From Candidatus Aminicenantes bacterium (GTDB lineage Bacteria; Acidobacteriota; Aminicenantia; Aminicenantales; UBA8522): a stretch of DNA of 64,000 nucleotides. The DNA lies in assembly GCA_963764885.1 (NCBI GenBank), contig CAVXUH010000014.1, forward strand, positions 27,319-91,318, written 5' to 3'. Shown here piece by piece: positions 1-8,083 of this stretch; position 1 is the stretch's first letter; each line of letters opens with the position of its first letter. The translations under genes and the position numbers were made by a program. The notes below the pieces were generated by a model, which did no database searches, was not told the origin of the DNA, and saw only the letters and a program-made list of their open reading frames with translations.

Positions 1-37
1 ACCGTCGCCGGGCGACGGCGATCAAAAGGAGGCAACG

Positions 38-526
38 ATGGAAACCGGGCCCGACTGGAAAAGGCTGTTCCGGACGGCGGTGTTCGTCCACGTGGCGGTC
101 GTCGCTGTCGTCTTTCTGTACGCGGTCATGCTGGAAGTCCTCAAAGCCAGGCTGCGGCCGATGCCCAGGCTCGCCGCCGGGCTGGATGTCCAGCTCCTGC
201 GCTACATTTTTTACGGGCTGGCGATCGGCGCGGTCATCGTCGTCCGGCTGGCCAACCGCGGCTTGCTCAGGGACCGTCCGGGCGAGCCCTACCCGGAGCT
301 GCTCCATCGCCTCAGCCGCGCCGGCATCCTCAGTTCGATCCTGTGCGAGGCGCCAGCCATGCTCGGTCTTGTGCTCGTGCTTCTGACGGGCGCCACCCGG
401 GATTTCTATTATCTTCTGTTCGTGTCGCTTGTCCTCGCATTCATGTATTTCCCCCGCCGCCGCACCTGGACGGAAATCCTCAGGGAGAGGTTCCCCCAGG
501 AAGGCAACCGGGCGGACGGGACCTGA
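38..526 (+). CDS. hypothetical small integral membrane protein
   Basis: 162-aa ORF with several hydrophobic helices. AAAAGGAGG Shine-Dalgarno 6-8 nt upstream of the ATG. A GC hairpin (CCGTCGCC..GGCGACGG) lies just upstream. No family recognised. Confidence 0.55.
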   Translation: METGPDWKRLFRTAVFVHVAVVAVVFLYAVMLEVLKARLRPMPRLAAGLDVQLLRYIFYGLAIGAVIVVRLANRGLLRDRPGEPYPELLHRLSRAGILSSILCEAPAMLGLVLVLLTGATRDFYYLLFVSLVLAFMYFPRRRTWTEILRERFPQEGNRADGT

Positions 527-604
527 GCATTTTCCGCGCCTCGGCAACTTTTTCCTGCGTCGTTTCGTCTATCCGGTTGAAATCCGAAGTGGAGGACTGA
601 CACG

Positions 605-1403
605 ATGAAGAAGGTTATTCCCGGCCTGATCTCGCTCATCTTTGCCGCGTTTTGCCTGGCGGGCTATCTCCCCGCCCAGCAAACAGAGGAGTTCGCCAAG
701 ACCCTCCCCCTGAGCGCCGGGGGAAGCTTCAAGCTCAGCAATGTCAACGGACAGGTCACGATCTCGACCTGGAAGGAAGCCAAGGTGGAGATCAGGGCCG
801 TCAAGAAAACCAGGAAAAGCGCCGATAACCTCGAGAAGGTGAAGATCGAGGTCACCGAGTCCGTCGACGCTGTGTCCGTGAAGACGGTCTACCCGAAGCA
901 CGAAAACACGGGCGTAACCGTGGACTACACGATCCAGGTGCCTGAGGGGGTCCGCCTCGAAAACGTGGAAACGGTCAACGGCAACGTCAACGTGACGGGC
1001 CCGTTCTCCGCAGCGTCGGCAGGGACGACCAACGGCAATGTCCGCGTCGAGAACGCGTCCGGCGACCTGAAGTTCGAGACGACCAACGGCGACATCGAAG
1101 CCGTGAACCTCGCCGGTCCGGTCGAGGTCGAGACGACCAACGGCGGCATCACACTTGATCTCAACGCCCTGAAAGGGGACATTCGGGCGGAGACAACGAA
1201 CGGCGGGATCACGGTGAAAATGGGCGGCGCAGGTCAACGCCGAGCTCGAGGCGGAAACGACGAACGGGAGCATCTCCGCCGATTTCCCGGTGACCGTCCA
1301 GGGGCTCATCAAGTCGAAGCACCACCTCCAGGGCCGGATCGGCACCGGCGGCCCGCGCCTGTCGCTGGGAACCGTAAACGGCTCGATCCGCCTGACCAGA
1401 TAG
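605..1403 (+). CDS. DUF4097-like beta-strand repeat protein (putative adhesin), secreted; reading frame shifts near 1226-1232
   Basis: GGAGG RBS before ATG 605 and an N-terminal signal peptide. Repeated VNGNVNV / ETTNGDI / ETTNGGIT motifs are typical of the DUF4097 family. The ORF-track ORF derails after ...ITVKMGG. The +1 frame continues QVNAELEAETTNGSISADFPVTVQGLIKSKHHLQGRIGTGGPRLSLGTVNGSIRLTR to a TAG at 1401-1403, consistent with a single-base indel. Confidence 0.7.
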
Positions 1404-1473
1404 TCATAAACTGATAGACTCGGCAGGCGCAAACTGATAGACTTGTCCAGGCCAACGTCCTGAGACAAGTCTT

Positions 1474-2928
1474 ATGATCATTAAATTCCTGGGTGCGGCG
1501 GGACAGGTCACCGGCTCATCCTACTATGTCGAAGCCGGCGGCACCCGTTTCCTTGTGGACTGCGGCCTGGTCCAGGAGCGAGAGCACCTCGAGCGGAACT
1601 GGAATCCGTTCCCGGTGGCGCCCGATTCCCTCGACGCTATCCTTCTGACCCACGTGCATATCGACCACTCCGGCCTCATTCCCAAGGTCGTTCGGGAGGG
1701 CTTCAAGAACAGCATTCTGACCACGCCGCCGAGCGTCGACCTCCTGCCGATCGTCCTCCGGGACTCCGCCAAGCTGCAGGAAGAGGACGCCGAGGCCAAG
1801 AAGAACCGCCACGAGAAGGAGGGGCGCCGGGGACCGCACCCCGAAGTCCCGCTCTACACCGTGGTCGAGGCCGAGGCCGCGCTGCGCCTGGTCAAGTCGG
1901 TCCGCTACGGCGAGAGCCTGGCCCTCAACGGCCGTGTCTCCGCGCGGCTCTACGACGCCGGGCACATCCTGGGATCGGCCATGATCGAGCTCTCGATCGA
2001 TGAGGGCGACGGCCGGCCTCTCAAGGTCATCTTCAGCGGGGACATGGGTCAGCGTGACCGGCCCCTGATCCACGACCCGTCGGTCTTCGACACGGCCGAT
2101 GCGGCCGTGATGGAATCGACCTACGGGGACAGGGAGCACGAGGACCCTGTCGGCCTCGAGGCCCGGCTCAGCCGCATCATCGAGAATACGGTCCTGGCGG
2201 GCGGCAACATCGTCGTCCCGGTCTTCGCCATCGAGCGCGCCCAGGAAATGATGTTTTATCTGAGCCGGCTCTACCGCGCAAACCGCATTCCCCGGATCCC
2301 CATCTTCCTCGACAGCCCGATGGCGACCGATGTCACCGAGGTCTTCCTCCGGCATTTTGATTCCCTGGACTCGGAGACACTCGAGCTCTTCCGGAGCGGC
2401 CGCTCGCCCTTCAATTTTCCCGGGCTCCGCTACGTCCGCACCCAGGAAGACTCGAAGTCGATCAACGCCCTGCCCGGCCCCTGCCTGATCATGGCCGGCG
2501 CCGGCATGTGCAACGGCGGCAGGATCAAGCACCACCTGGTTCACAATATCTCCCGGCCGGAGTCCACCATTCTCTTTGTCGGCTACCAGGCCGCCGGGAC
2601 GCTCGGCAGCCAGATCCTGGAGAAACCGGAGACGGTGCGGATCTTCGGCGAGCACCATCCCGTCCGGGCCCGGATCGAGCAGATCCACAGCTTTTCGGCT
2701 CACGCCGGCCGGAGCGGTCTGCTCCGCTGGCTCGGGCACTTCCGGCCGCCTTTGCCCCGGGTCTTCCTGACCCACGGCGAGCCCGCCACCCTCCAGTCGC
2801 TGGCCGGGACTCTCCGCCAGGAGCGGGGCTTCCGCGTCGACGTGCCCGCCTACGGCGAGACGGCGACGGTTCTGCTTCAGGGGACGCCGTCGGCCCCCGG
2901 CCGGGCCCGGCCCGGGCAAATTTCTTGA
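1474..2928 (+). CDS. MBL-fold metallo-hydrolase of the beta-CASP (RNA-metabolising, RNase J/CPSF-like) family
   Basis: 484-aa ORF with the HVHIDHSG (HxHxDH) motif near the N-terminus. It has Lactamase_B, beta-CASP and an RNA-specificity-like C-terminal layout (GEHHP...SAHAG...THGEP). The large minus-strand ORF 1516..2931 is a GC shadow. Confidence 0.8.
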   Translation: MIIKFLGAAGQVTGSSYYVEAGGTRFLVDCGLVQEREHLERNWNPFPVAPDSLDAILLTHVHIDHSGLIPKVVREGFKNSILTTPPSVDLLPIVLRDSAKLQEEDAEAKKNRHEKEGRRGPHPEVPLYTVVEAEAALRLVKSVRYGESLALNGRVSARLYDAGHILGSAMIELSIDEGDGRPLKVIFSGDMGQRDRPLIHDPSVFDTADAAVMESTYGDREHEDPVGLEARLSRIIENTVLAGGNIVVPVFAIERAQEMMFYLSRLYRANRIPRIPIFLDSPMATDVTEVFLRHFDSLDSETLELFRSGRSPFNFPGLRYVRTQEDSKSINALPGPCLIMAGAGMCNGGRIKHHLVHNISRPESTILFVGYQAAGTLGSQILEKPETVRIFGEHHPVRARIEQIHSFSAHAGRSGLLRWLGHFRPPLPRVFLTHGEPATLQSLAGTLRQERGFRVDVPAYGETATVLLQGTPSAPGRARPGQIS

Positions 2929-2952
2929 CAATGTCGGGGATTCTGTTTTAAT
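2925..2952 (+). promoter_or_regulatory. sigma70-like promoter (TTGACA, 16-nt spacer, TTTAAT) overlapping the stop of the upstream gene
   Basis: The -35 TTGACA (2925-2930) contains the MBL-gene TGA. The -10 TTTAAT (2947-2952) follows after a 16-nt spacer. The predicted TSS is ~2959, so the ATG at 2951 cannot be the start codon of the next gene. Confidence 0.45.
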
Positions 2953-2992
2953 GAAATTTCGGCGATCGACCCAGGCTGCAATAAATCAGACA

Positions 2993-4279
2993 ATGATGAA
3001 AAACTCGGTCCGGCCCCCGGGGCCGGAAAAGCGGATCGCGATCAGCCGCCGCGGGCGGGCCGGCGTCTTTCTCGGGGCCGCCGCCCTGGGCCTGGCCGGA
3101 GCCGCCGCCGTTTTCGGACCCCCGGCCTGCCGCAAAGCCGCCGCCACGCACACTATCAGGAAAGAAAAGATCGAGATCGTCCGGGTGGCGCGGGGGATCT
3201 TCTCGGAGCCCATCTCGGTCAACGGGAAGATCCTGCCGGTCAATATCGTCTACCTCGACGCCATGGAGGGCGGCCGCGTGGAGCAGATCTACGCCGAGGC
3301 CGGCTCGATGGTCAAGAGGGGCGACAAGATCCTCCAGCTTGCCAACAGCAACCTCCTCATGGACATCATGTGGCGCGAGTCCGAGCTCTTCCAGGCCAGC
3401 AATAACATGCGGAACACCCGCCTGTCCATGGAACAGTTCAAGCTCCAGCTTAACCAGCAGCTCTCCGACATCGAGAACAAGCTCCAGCAGCAAAGCCGCG
3501 TTTATGAGCGGTACAAGGAGCTGGACAAGGACAGCCTGATCTCGCGCCATCAATACGAGATCGCCAAGGACCAGTACGATTACCTCGTCAAGCAGAAGGA
3601 GCTGACGGTCGAGAGCCAGAAGAGCGAGCTCAAATTCCGGCAGGCGCAGCTCCAGGCCCTGGAGGAATCCCTGACCCGGATGCAGGCCAACCTGGACATC
3701 GTCAAGCAGAGGCAGGAAAACCTCACCCTGGTCGCGCCGGTTTCGGGCCAGCTGACCTCGCTGACGGCCGAGGTGGGAGAGTCCATCTCCCAGGGGACCC
3801 GGCTGGGTCAGATCGATCAATGGGACGGTTTCAAGGTCAAGGCCAGCATCGATGAGAGCTTCATAGCCCAGATCAAGCCCAAGGATGCGGGCGACTTCGA
3901 GTTCGCGGGACAGACCTACAAGGTGGATGTCAAGAAGATCTACCCCGAGGTCAAGGACGGCAAGTTCGAGGTGGATTTCGAGTTCATGGGCGAGCATCCG
4001 CCCGGCCTGAAACGCGGCCAGACGCTCCACATCAGGCTGACGGCGGTCGATCCGGCCGACTCGCTCCTCCTCCGGCGCGGCGACTTCATGTACGCGACGG
4101 AGGGGAAATGGGCCTACGTCCTGGAAGAGGACAATAAATCCGCGCTCAAGCGGAGGATCCAGATCGGCCGCCAGACCCCCGATGTCCTGGAAGTCATCGA
4201 GGGGCTGCGCGAGGGGGAGAGCGTCGTGACCTCGTCCTACGAGGGCTTCGAGAAGAGTGACCGCCTCATCCTCAAATAG
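2993..4279 (+). CDS. HlyD-family periplasmic adaptor (membrane fusion protein) with a long coiled-coil hairpin
   Basis: N-terminal TM anchor AGVFLGAAALGLAGAAAVFG, a biotinyl/lipoyl-like beta domain, and a long coiled-coil segment (MEQFKLQLNQQLSDIENKLQQQ...KQKELTVESQKSELKFRQAQLQALEESLTRMQANLDIVKQRQENL) followed by a beta-barrel domain. The start is taken at ATG 2993/2996, downstream of the predicted TSS. Confidence 0.8.
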   Translation: MMKNSVRPPGPEKRIAISRRGRAGVFLGAAALGLAGAAAVFGPPACRKAAATHTIRKEKIEIVRVARGIFSEPISVNGKILPVNIVYLDAMEGGRVEQIYAEAGSMVKRGDKILQLANSNLLMDIMWRESELFQASNNMRNTRLSMEQFKLQLNQQLSDIENKLQQQSRVYERYKELDKDSLISRHQYEIAKDQYDYLVKQKELTVESQKSELKFRQAQLQALEESLTRMQANLDIVKQRQENLTLVAPVSGQLTSLTAEVGESISQGTRLGQIDQWDGFKVKASIDESFIAQIKPKDAGDFEFAGQTYKVDVKKIYPEVKDGKFEVDFEFMGEHPPGLKRGQTLHIRLTAVDPADSLLLRRGDFMYATEGKWAYVLEEDNKSALKRRIQIGRQTPDVLEVIEGLREGESVVTSSYEGFEKSDRLILK

Positions 4280-4333
4280 CCGGCCAGCCGCCGGCGCAAC
4301 ACTCCGAAAGTGAGCCGTCCGAGGAGGTTCTCC

Positions 4334-5893
4334 ATGTCGAGAAGACTGATCATCGGCCTGACGGCCGTGGGGATCGCCGCCCTCTCACCGGCCGCGGCCC
4401 AGCAGACCAGCAAGTCCCTTTCACTCCGGGACTGCATCCTCGTCGCCCTCAGGAACAACCTGGGCGTCCACGTCGCCGTCCTGAGCCCGGACCTGGCGGA
4501 AGCGAACCTTGCTTGGGCCAGGGAAAAGTTCCTGCCGCGCCTGGCGTTCGGCTACAATAACCAGAGGACAAGCTCGGCCTCGTATTCCTGGATCGATGCC
4601 GCCGGCAGCGTCAACACCCGGTACAACGATCTCTCGGCGTCCGTTTCCCAGGCGATCCCGACCGGGGGCAGCGTGTCGGCATCGCTGAGCGGATACAAGA
4701 GCCAATCCAACCTCAAATTCCAGACCATCAACCCCCGCTATGGCAGCACCCTGAGCCTCAGCCTGAGCCAGCCCCTGCTCAGGAATTTCGGCCCGAAGAT
4801 GAGCCGGCGAGACATCCTCATCTCGCAGAACAACCGGGACATATCGGAGGGCCAGCTCCAGGCCGTCCTGCTCGAGACCATCTACGACGTCGAGCAGTCC
4901 TACTGGAACCTTATCTATGCCATCGAGAACCTGTCGGTCAAAAAGCAGTCGCTGGACCTGGCCAGGGACCTGGTGTCGAAAAACAGGCGCGAGGTGGAGA
5001 TCGGCATGGTGGCCCCGATCGAGCTCCTGAGCGCCGAAGCCGAAGTGGCCACCCGGGAGGCCGACATCCTCCAGGCTGAGGTCGCCGTCGCCAACAGCGA
5101 GGACGCGCTCAAGACCGTCATCAACATCGCTGCCGAGGAAGGCGGCGGGCTCGTCACCATCGTGCCGTCCGACAAACCCAGCCAGGAACGGCGGACGGTC
5201 AGCGTCGAGGAGGCCCTCCAGGCGGCGGTCAACAACCGCCCCGACCTGCAGGTGACGAGGATCAGCCTAAAAAACAAGGAACTCAACGTGGCTTATGCCA
5301 GGAACCAGGTCCTTCCCGACTTGAATCTTGTCGCTTCCTATTGGAGCCCCGGCCTCTCGGGAACACAGCTTCTCTACCTCAACAACGACCCGCTGACCGA
5401 TACCGTCATCGGCACCCTGCCCTCGGGGGCCGGGGCGGCACTCAGCCGGGCCCTCGGCCTCAAATACAATAACTGGGCGGTCGGCGTCCAGCTCAACCTT
5501 CCGGTGGCCAGCCTGCTGACCCGGTCGCAGTTCGAGGCGTCGAGGATCAGCTACGAGCAGTCGCTGGCCGACCTGGCCGATCTCGAGCAGCGCATCTTCC
5601 TGGAGATCCGGACCGCGGTCCGGGCGGTCGAAACCGACTTCAAGCGGGTCATGGCCTACAAGGCCGCCCGCGAGCTCGCCGAAAGCAAGCTGACGGCCGA
5701 GGTGAAGAAGCTCACGGTCGGCCTGACGACAAACTACGTTGTCCTCCAGTATCAGCGCGACCTGGCCGATGCCAAGACGGCCGAGCTGCGGGCGATCATC
5801 GAGTACAACCTGGCGCTGGCCTATCTCGACAAGTCCCTGGGGACGAGCCTCCTCAGCAAGAGCATCGAGTTCGCGCCGTTCCGGACTTCCTAG
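4334..5893 (+). CDS. TolC-family outer-membrane efflux channel
   Basis: GAGGAGG RBS 7 nt before ATG 4334, then a signal peptide. Two tandem OEP repeats with TolC-like spacing: SLSLRDCILVALRNNLGV...; SVEEALQAAVNNRPDLQVTRISLKNKELNVAYARNQVLPDLNL. Confidence 0.85.
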   Translation: MSRRLIIGLTAVGIAALSPAAAQQTSKSLSLRDCILVALRNNLGVHVAVLSPDLAEANLAWAREKFLPRLAFGYNNQRTSSASYSWIDAAGSVNTRYNDLSASVSQAIPTGGSVSASLSGYKSQSNLKFQTINPRYGSTLSLSLSQPLLRNFGPKMSRRDILISQNNRDISEGQLQAVLLETIYDVEQSYWNLIYAIENLSVKKQSLDLARDLVSKNRREVEIGMVAPIELLSAEAEVATREADILQAEVAVANSEDALKTVINIAAEEGGGLVTIVPSDKPSQERRTVSVEEALQAAVNNRPDLQVTRISLKNKELNVAYARNQVLPDLNLVASYWSPGLSGTQLLYLNNDPLTDTVIGTLPSGAGAALSRALGLKYNNWAVGVQLNLPVASLLTRSQFEASRISYEQSLADLADLEQRIFLEIRTAVRAVETDFKRVMAYKAARELAESKLTAEVKKLTVGLTTNYVVLQYQRDLADAKTAELRAIIEYNLALAYLDKSLGTSLLSKSIEFAPFRTS

Positions 5894-8052
5894 CCCCGGA
5901 TTTCAACCTCGTAGATCGACCAGAAGTACTCGGGGCTGCCCGAGGTCAGGACGATCCGGATGAACCGGGCGGGTCGGCGGGAAAAGACGATCCCGTAGGA
6001 GATGTCGTTGGCCCGAAGGTACTCGCGGATGGGAAGAAGCGGGGTTTCGAGGCGGACGGCTTCGGTCCAAGTCAGCCCGTCCGAGGACACTTCCACCCGG
6101 CAGCCGCGCGGGTAGTCGAACAGGCTCGGCCCGAGCTTGAGGCGCAGGCCGGAGACGTTCCGCACTTTCCCAAGATCCAGGAGGAACTCGTCGCCGGGCT
6201 TCTGAAACTCGGTGCTCCAGCGCGTTTTCATATCCCCGTCAACGGCGCGCGGGGCGAACTCGTTGTGGACGCTTGCCCGGGCCTGCCAGCCCGTCGCCCG
6301 GGAGGTGGCATCCTGGAGAGGCGCGCCCGGCGAAGGCTCGCGCGGGGTCGGCGTCGGCGAAAATTCGTACACCACATCATCGCCCAGCCGGCCCGCCTCG
6401 CGCACCGTCGTGGCCAGGCGGGCAAGCTCCGAGGCCAGGAGGCTGCGCGATTCCGCGGTGAATTCGGCCTCGTGGACAACGAGGTAGCGGACGCCGAGAT
6501 CGGCGGCGTCCTGGATGTTCTGCGCCACGGGAGCCTCCCGCCAGCGTCGAAGCAACTCATCATAAACCGGCGGGAAGAACCCGCTGTAGCCGTTCACCAG
6601 GTTGTGCCAATGGACGGTCGAGTAGTAAACACGCGGGCATTCGACAAGCCCGATCCCGAACCTGGGCGGGGGCAGTGGTATCTCCAGTACGGCGCCGTCG
6701 TTGTGCTGGGCGGCCAGCCACCGGTAGACTTCGGGGACGTTCCCGCCCGGGGGGAAATCCTCCAGGGGAATGGGGAAGGAGGCATACTCGGCCAGGATCA
6801 GGAGCGGCAAAAGGCACGAGATCAAGACCCGGCCTTTTCCCCGGAACTTGGCGATGAGCTGGCGGGAGCCGAAAGCCGCCAGCACGGAGAGTCCGAACAT
6901 GACGAAAATATGGAACCGAGCGGGGACGCGCAACCCGTTAAACCCGGGCAGGAATCTGTAGAGAAGGATGTACGGGCCGTTCGGACCGAAGGTAAAAAGA
7001 AAAGCGAGGAGCGTGATCGTGCCGTAAATCATGGCCATGACGGGTGGGGACGGTTCTGGCCTTGGGGACGTTCCCCACGCCGGGGAACGTCCCCAACGGG
7101 GAGCGCGCCGGTTCGCTGCCAGGGAAACGAACCCGGCCGCTGCCAGGAGAATGGCCAGTGCCCCGGGGAAAAGGTGCTTTTCCGGAGTCTGAAAGCGCGC
7201 TGTGAGACCGCCGTAGGCGCGGTTGAAGGGCGGGGCCGCCAGAAAACTTGTCAGGCTGGCAGGCGTACCGACATTCCGGAAAAAGCCCATATCCCTTCCC
7301 ACCCTGACATATTGATAGGCGAACGGCCCGGCCAGAAAGAGGATGATCGCGGCGGCCGCCAGCATGTCCCGCCAGAATCGCCGGTCCAGGATTTTCCTCT
7401 GCGCGACCGCCATATACAGGATAATGAGGCCGGCGAAAAAAGCCAGGTAAAGGGCGTAATAGCCGTTGGCAAGCGCCTGAAGGCCCGCCGCCAGCGCAAA
7501 AAAGATAATCTCGCGGGGCCGGCCGGTCTCGAAATAGCGATGGATAAAGAGAAAGGCCAGCGGGATCCCCGCCGCCGTGACGATCTGAATGTGGACGAAA
7601 TGGGAAAACATGAACGGCGAGAAAGCGAAGATGATCCCCGCCACGACCGCGGCGAAACGGCTTCCTGTCAGATGGCGCGCCAACGCATACATCCCCAGCG
7701 CCGATGTCAGGTAGGCCAGGAGGAGCATGATGTTGTGGGCGAGCAGCGGGTTCGAGGAGAATACCCGGATGGGAAGCGATGCCAACGATTGCGTAAAAAG
7801 GTGCTCCGAATAGGCCAGGGTCCGCCCGTTCGGGAAGAAGATATTGGCGTCGAAATAATGAGCAACGTCCAAGCGGGTCATCTCCCGGACGTTCCAGGAC
7901 ATGATCCAGGACGTCAGCAGGCCGTCCCCCAGGTCCCTTACGCCCGTGCCGAGCCGGAGAACCAGCGGGTACGTCATGACGAGAGTCACGAGAAGGAAGA
8001 GCGCCGGCACGGTCAGCCGCGAACTCATCGATTTCTTAGGGCGTATCGGCAT
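5890..8052 (-). CDS. GT-C-fold membrane glycosyltransferase-like protein (GT39/ArnT/PMT-like polytopic N-half) fused to a C-terminal F5/8 type C (discoidin) carbohydrate-binding domain
   Basis: 720-aa ORF with ~12 predicted TM helices in the N-terminal 430 aa. The soluble C-terminus ends in a discoidin-like domain (NEFAPRAVDGDMKTRWST...LRLKLGPS...WSIYEVEIRG). The start is ATG 8052 or 8028 (uncertain). The gene overlaps the tolC-like stop by 4 nt convergently. Confidence 0.6.
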   Translation of the reverse strand: MPIRPKKSMSSRLTVPALFLLVTLVMTYPLVLRLGTGVRDLGDGLLTSWIMSWNVREMTRLDVAHYFDANIFFPNGRTLAYSEHLFTQSLASLPIRVFSSNPLLAHNIMLLLAYLTSALGMYALARHLTGSRFAAVVAGIIFAFSPFMFSHFVHIQIVTAAGIPLAFLFIHRYFETGRPREIIFFALAAGLQALANGYYALYLAFFAGLIILYMAVAQRKILDRRFWRDMLAAAAIILFLAGPFAYQYVRVGRDMGFFRNVGTPASLTSFLAAPPFNRAYGGLTARFQTPEKHLFPGALAILLAAAGFVSLAANRRAPRWGRSPAWGTSPRPEPSPPVMAMIYGTITLLAFLFTFGPNGPYILLYRFLPGFNGLRVPARFHIFVMFGLSVLAAFGSRQLIAKFRGKGRVLISCLLPLLILAEYASFPIPLEDFPPGGNVPEVYRWLAAQHNDGAVLEIPLPPPRFGIGLVECPRVYYSTVHWHNLVNGYSGFFPPVYDELLRRWREAPVAQNIQDAADLGVRYLVVHEAEFTAESRSLLASELARLATTVREAGRLGDDVVYEFSPTPTPREPSPGAPLQDATSRATGWQARASVHNEFAPRAVDGDMKTRWSTEFQKPGDEFLLDLGKVRNVSGLRLKLGPSLFDYPRGCRVEVSSDGLTWTEAVRLETPLLPIREYLRANDISYGIVFSRRPARFIRIVLTSGSPEYFWSIYEVEIRG
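7062..7096. repeat. 35-bp perfect inverted repeat (15-bp arms TTGGGGACGTTCCCC / GGGGAACGTCCCCAA, 5-nt spacer) embedded in-frame in a CDS
   Basis: Read directly: TTGGGGACGTTCCCC ACGCC GGGGAACGTCCCCAA. It lies inside the GT-C gene, in a Pro/Ser/Trp-rich inter-helix loop (..GRSPAWGTSPRPEPSPP..). Confidence 0.8.
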
Positions 8053-8083
8053 GGGGATTGTCGAACCCCGGCATCCCCCGAAT

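Noticed and set aside
1516-2931. Long opposite-strand ORFs overlapping real genes (1516..2931, 2948..4030, 6265..8100, 20673..22823, 34838..36616, 36609..37613, 38790..39806, 46008..48503, 55600..57117, 18423..19754, 13761..15293 upstream part, etc.)
   Set aside because: High GC suppresses stop codons on the antisense strand. These ORFs have low-complexity Arg/Pro/Gly-rich translations with no family resemblance, and each is fully explained by a well-supported gene on the other strand.
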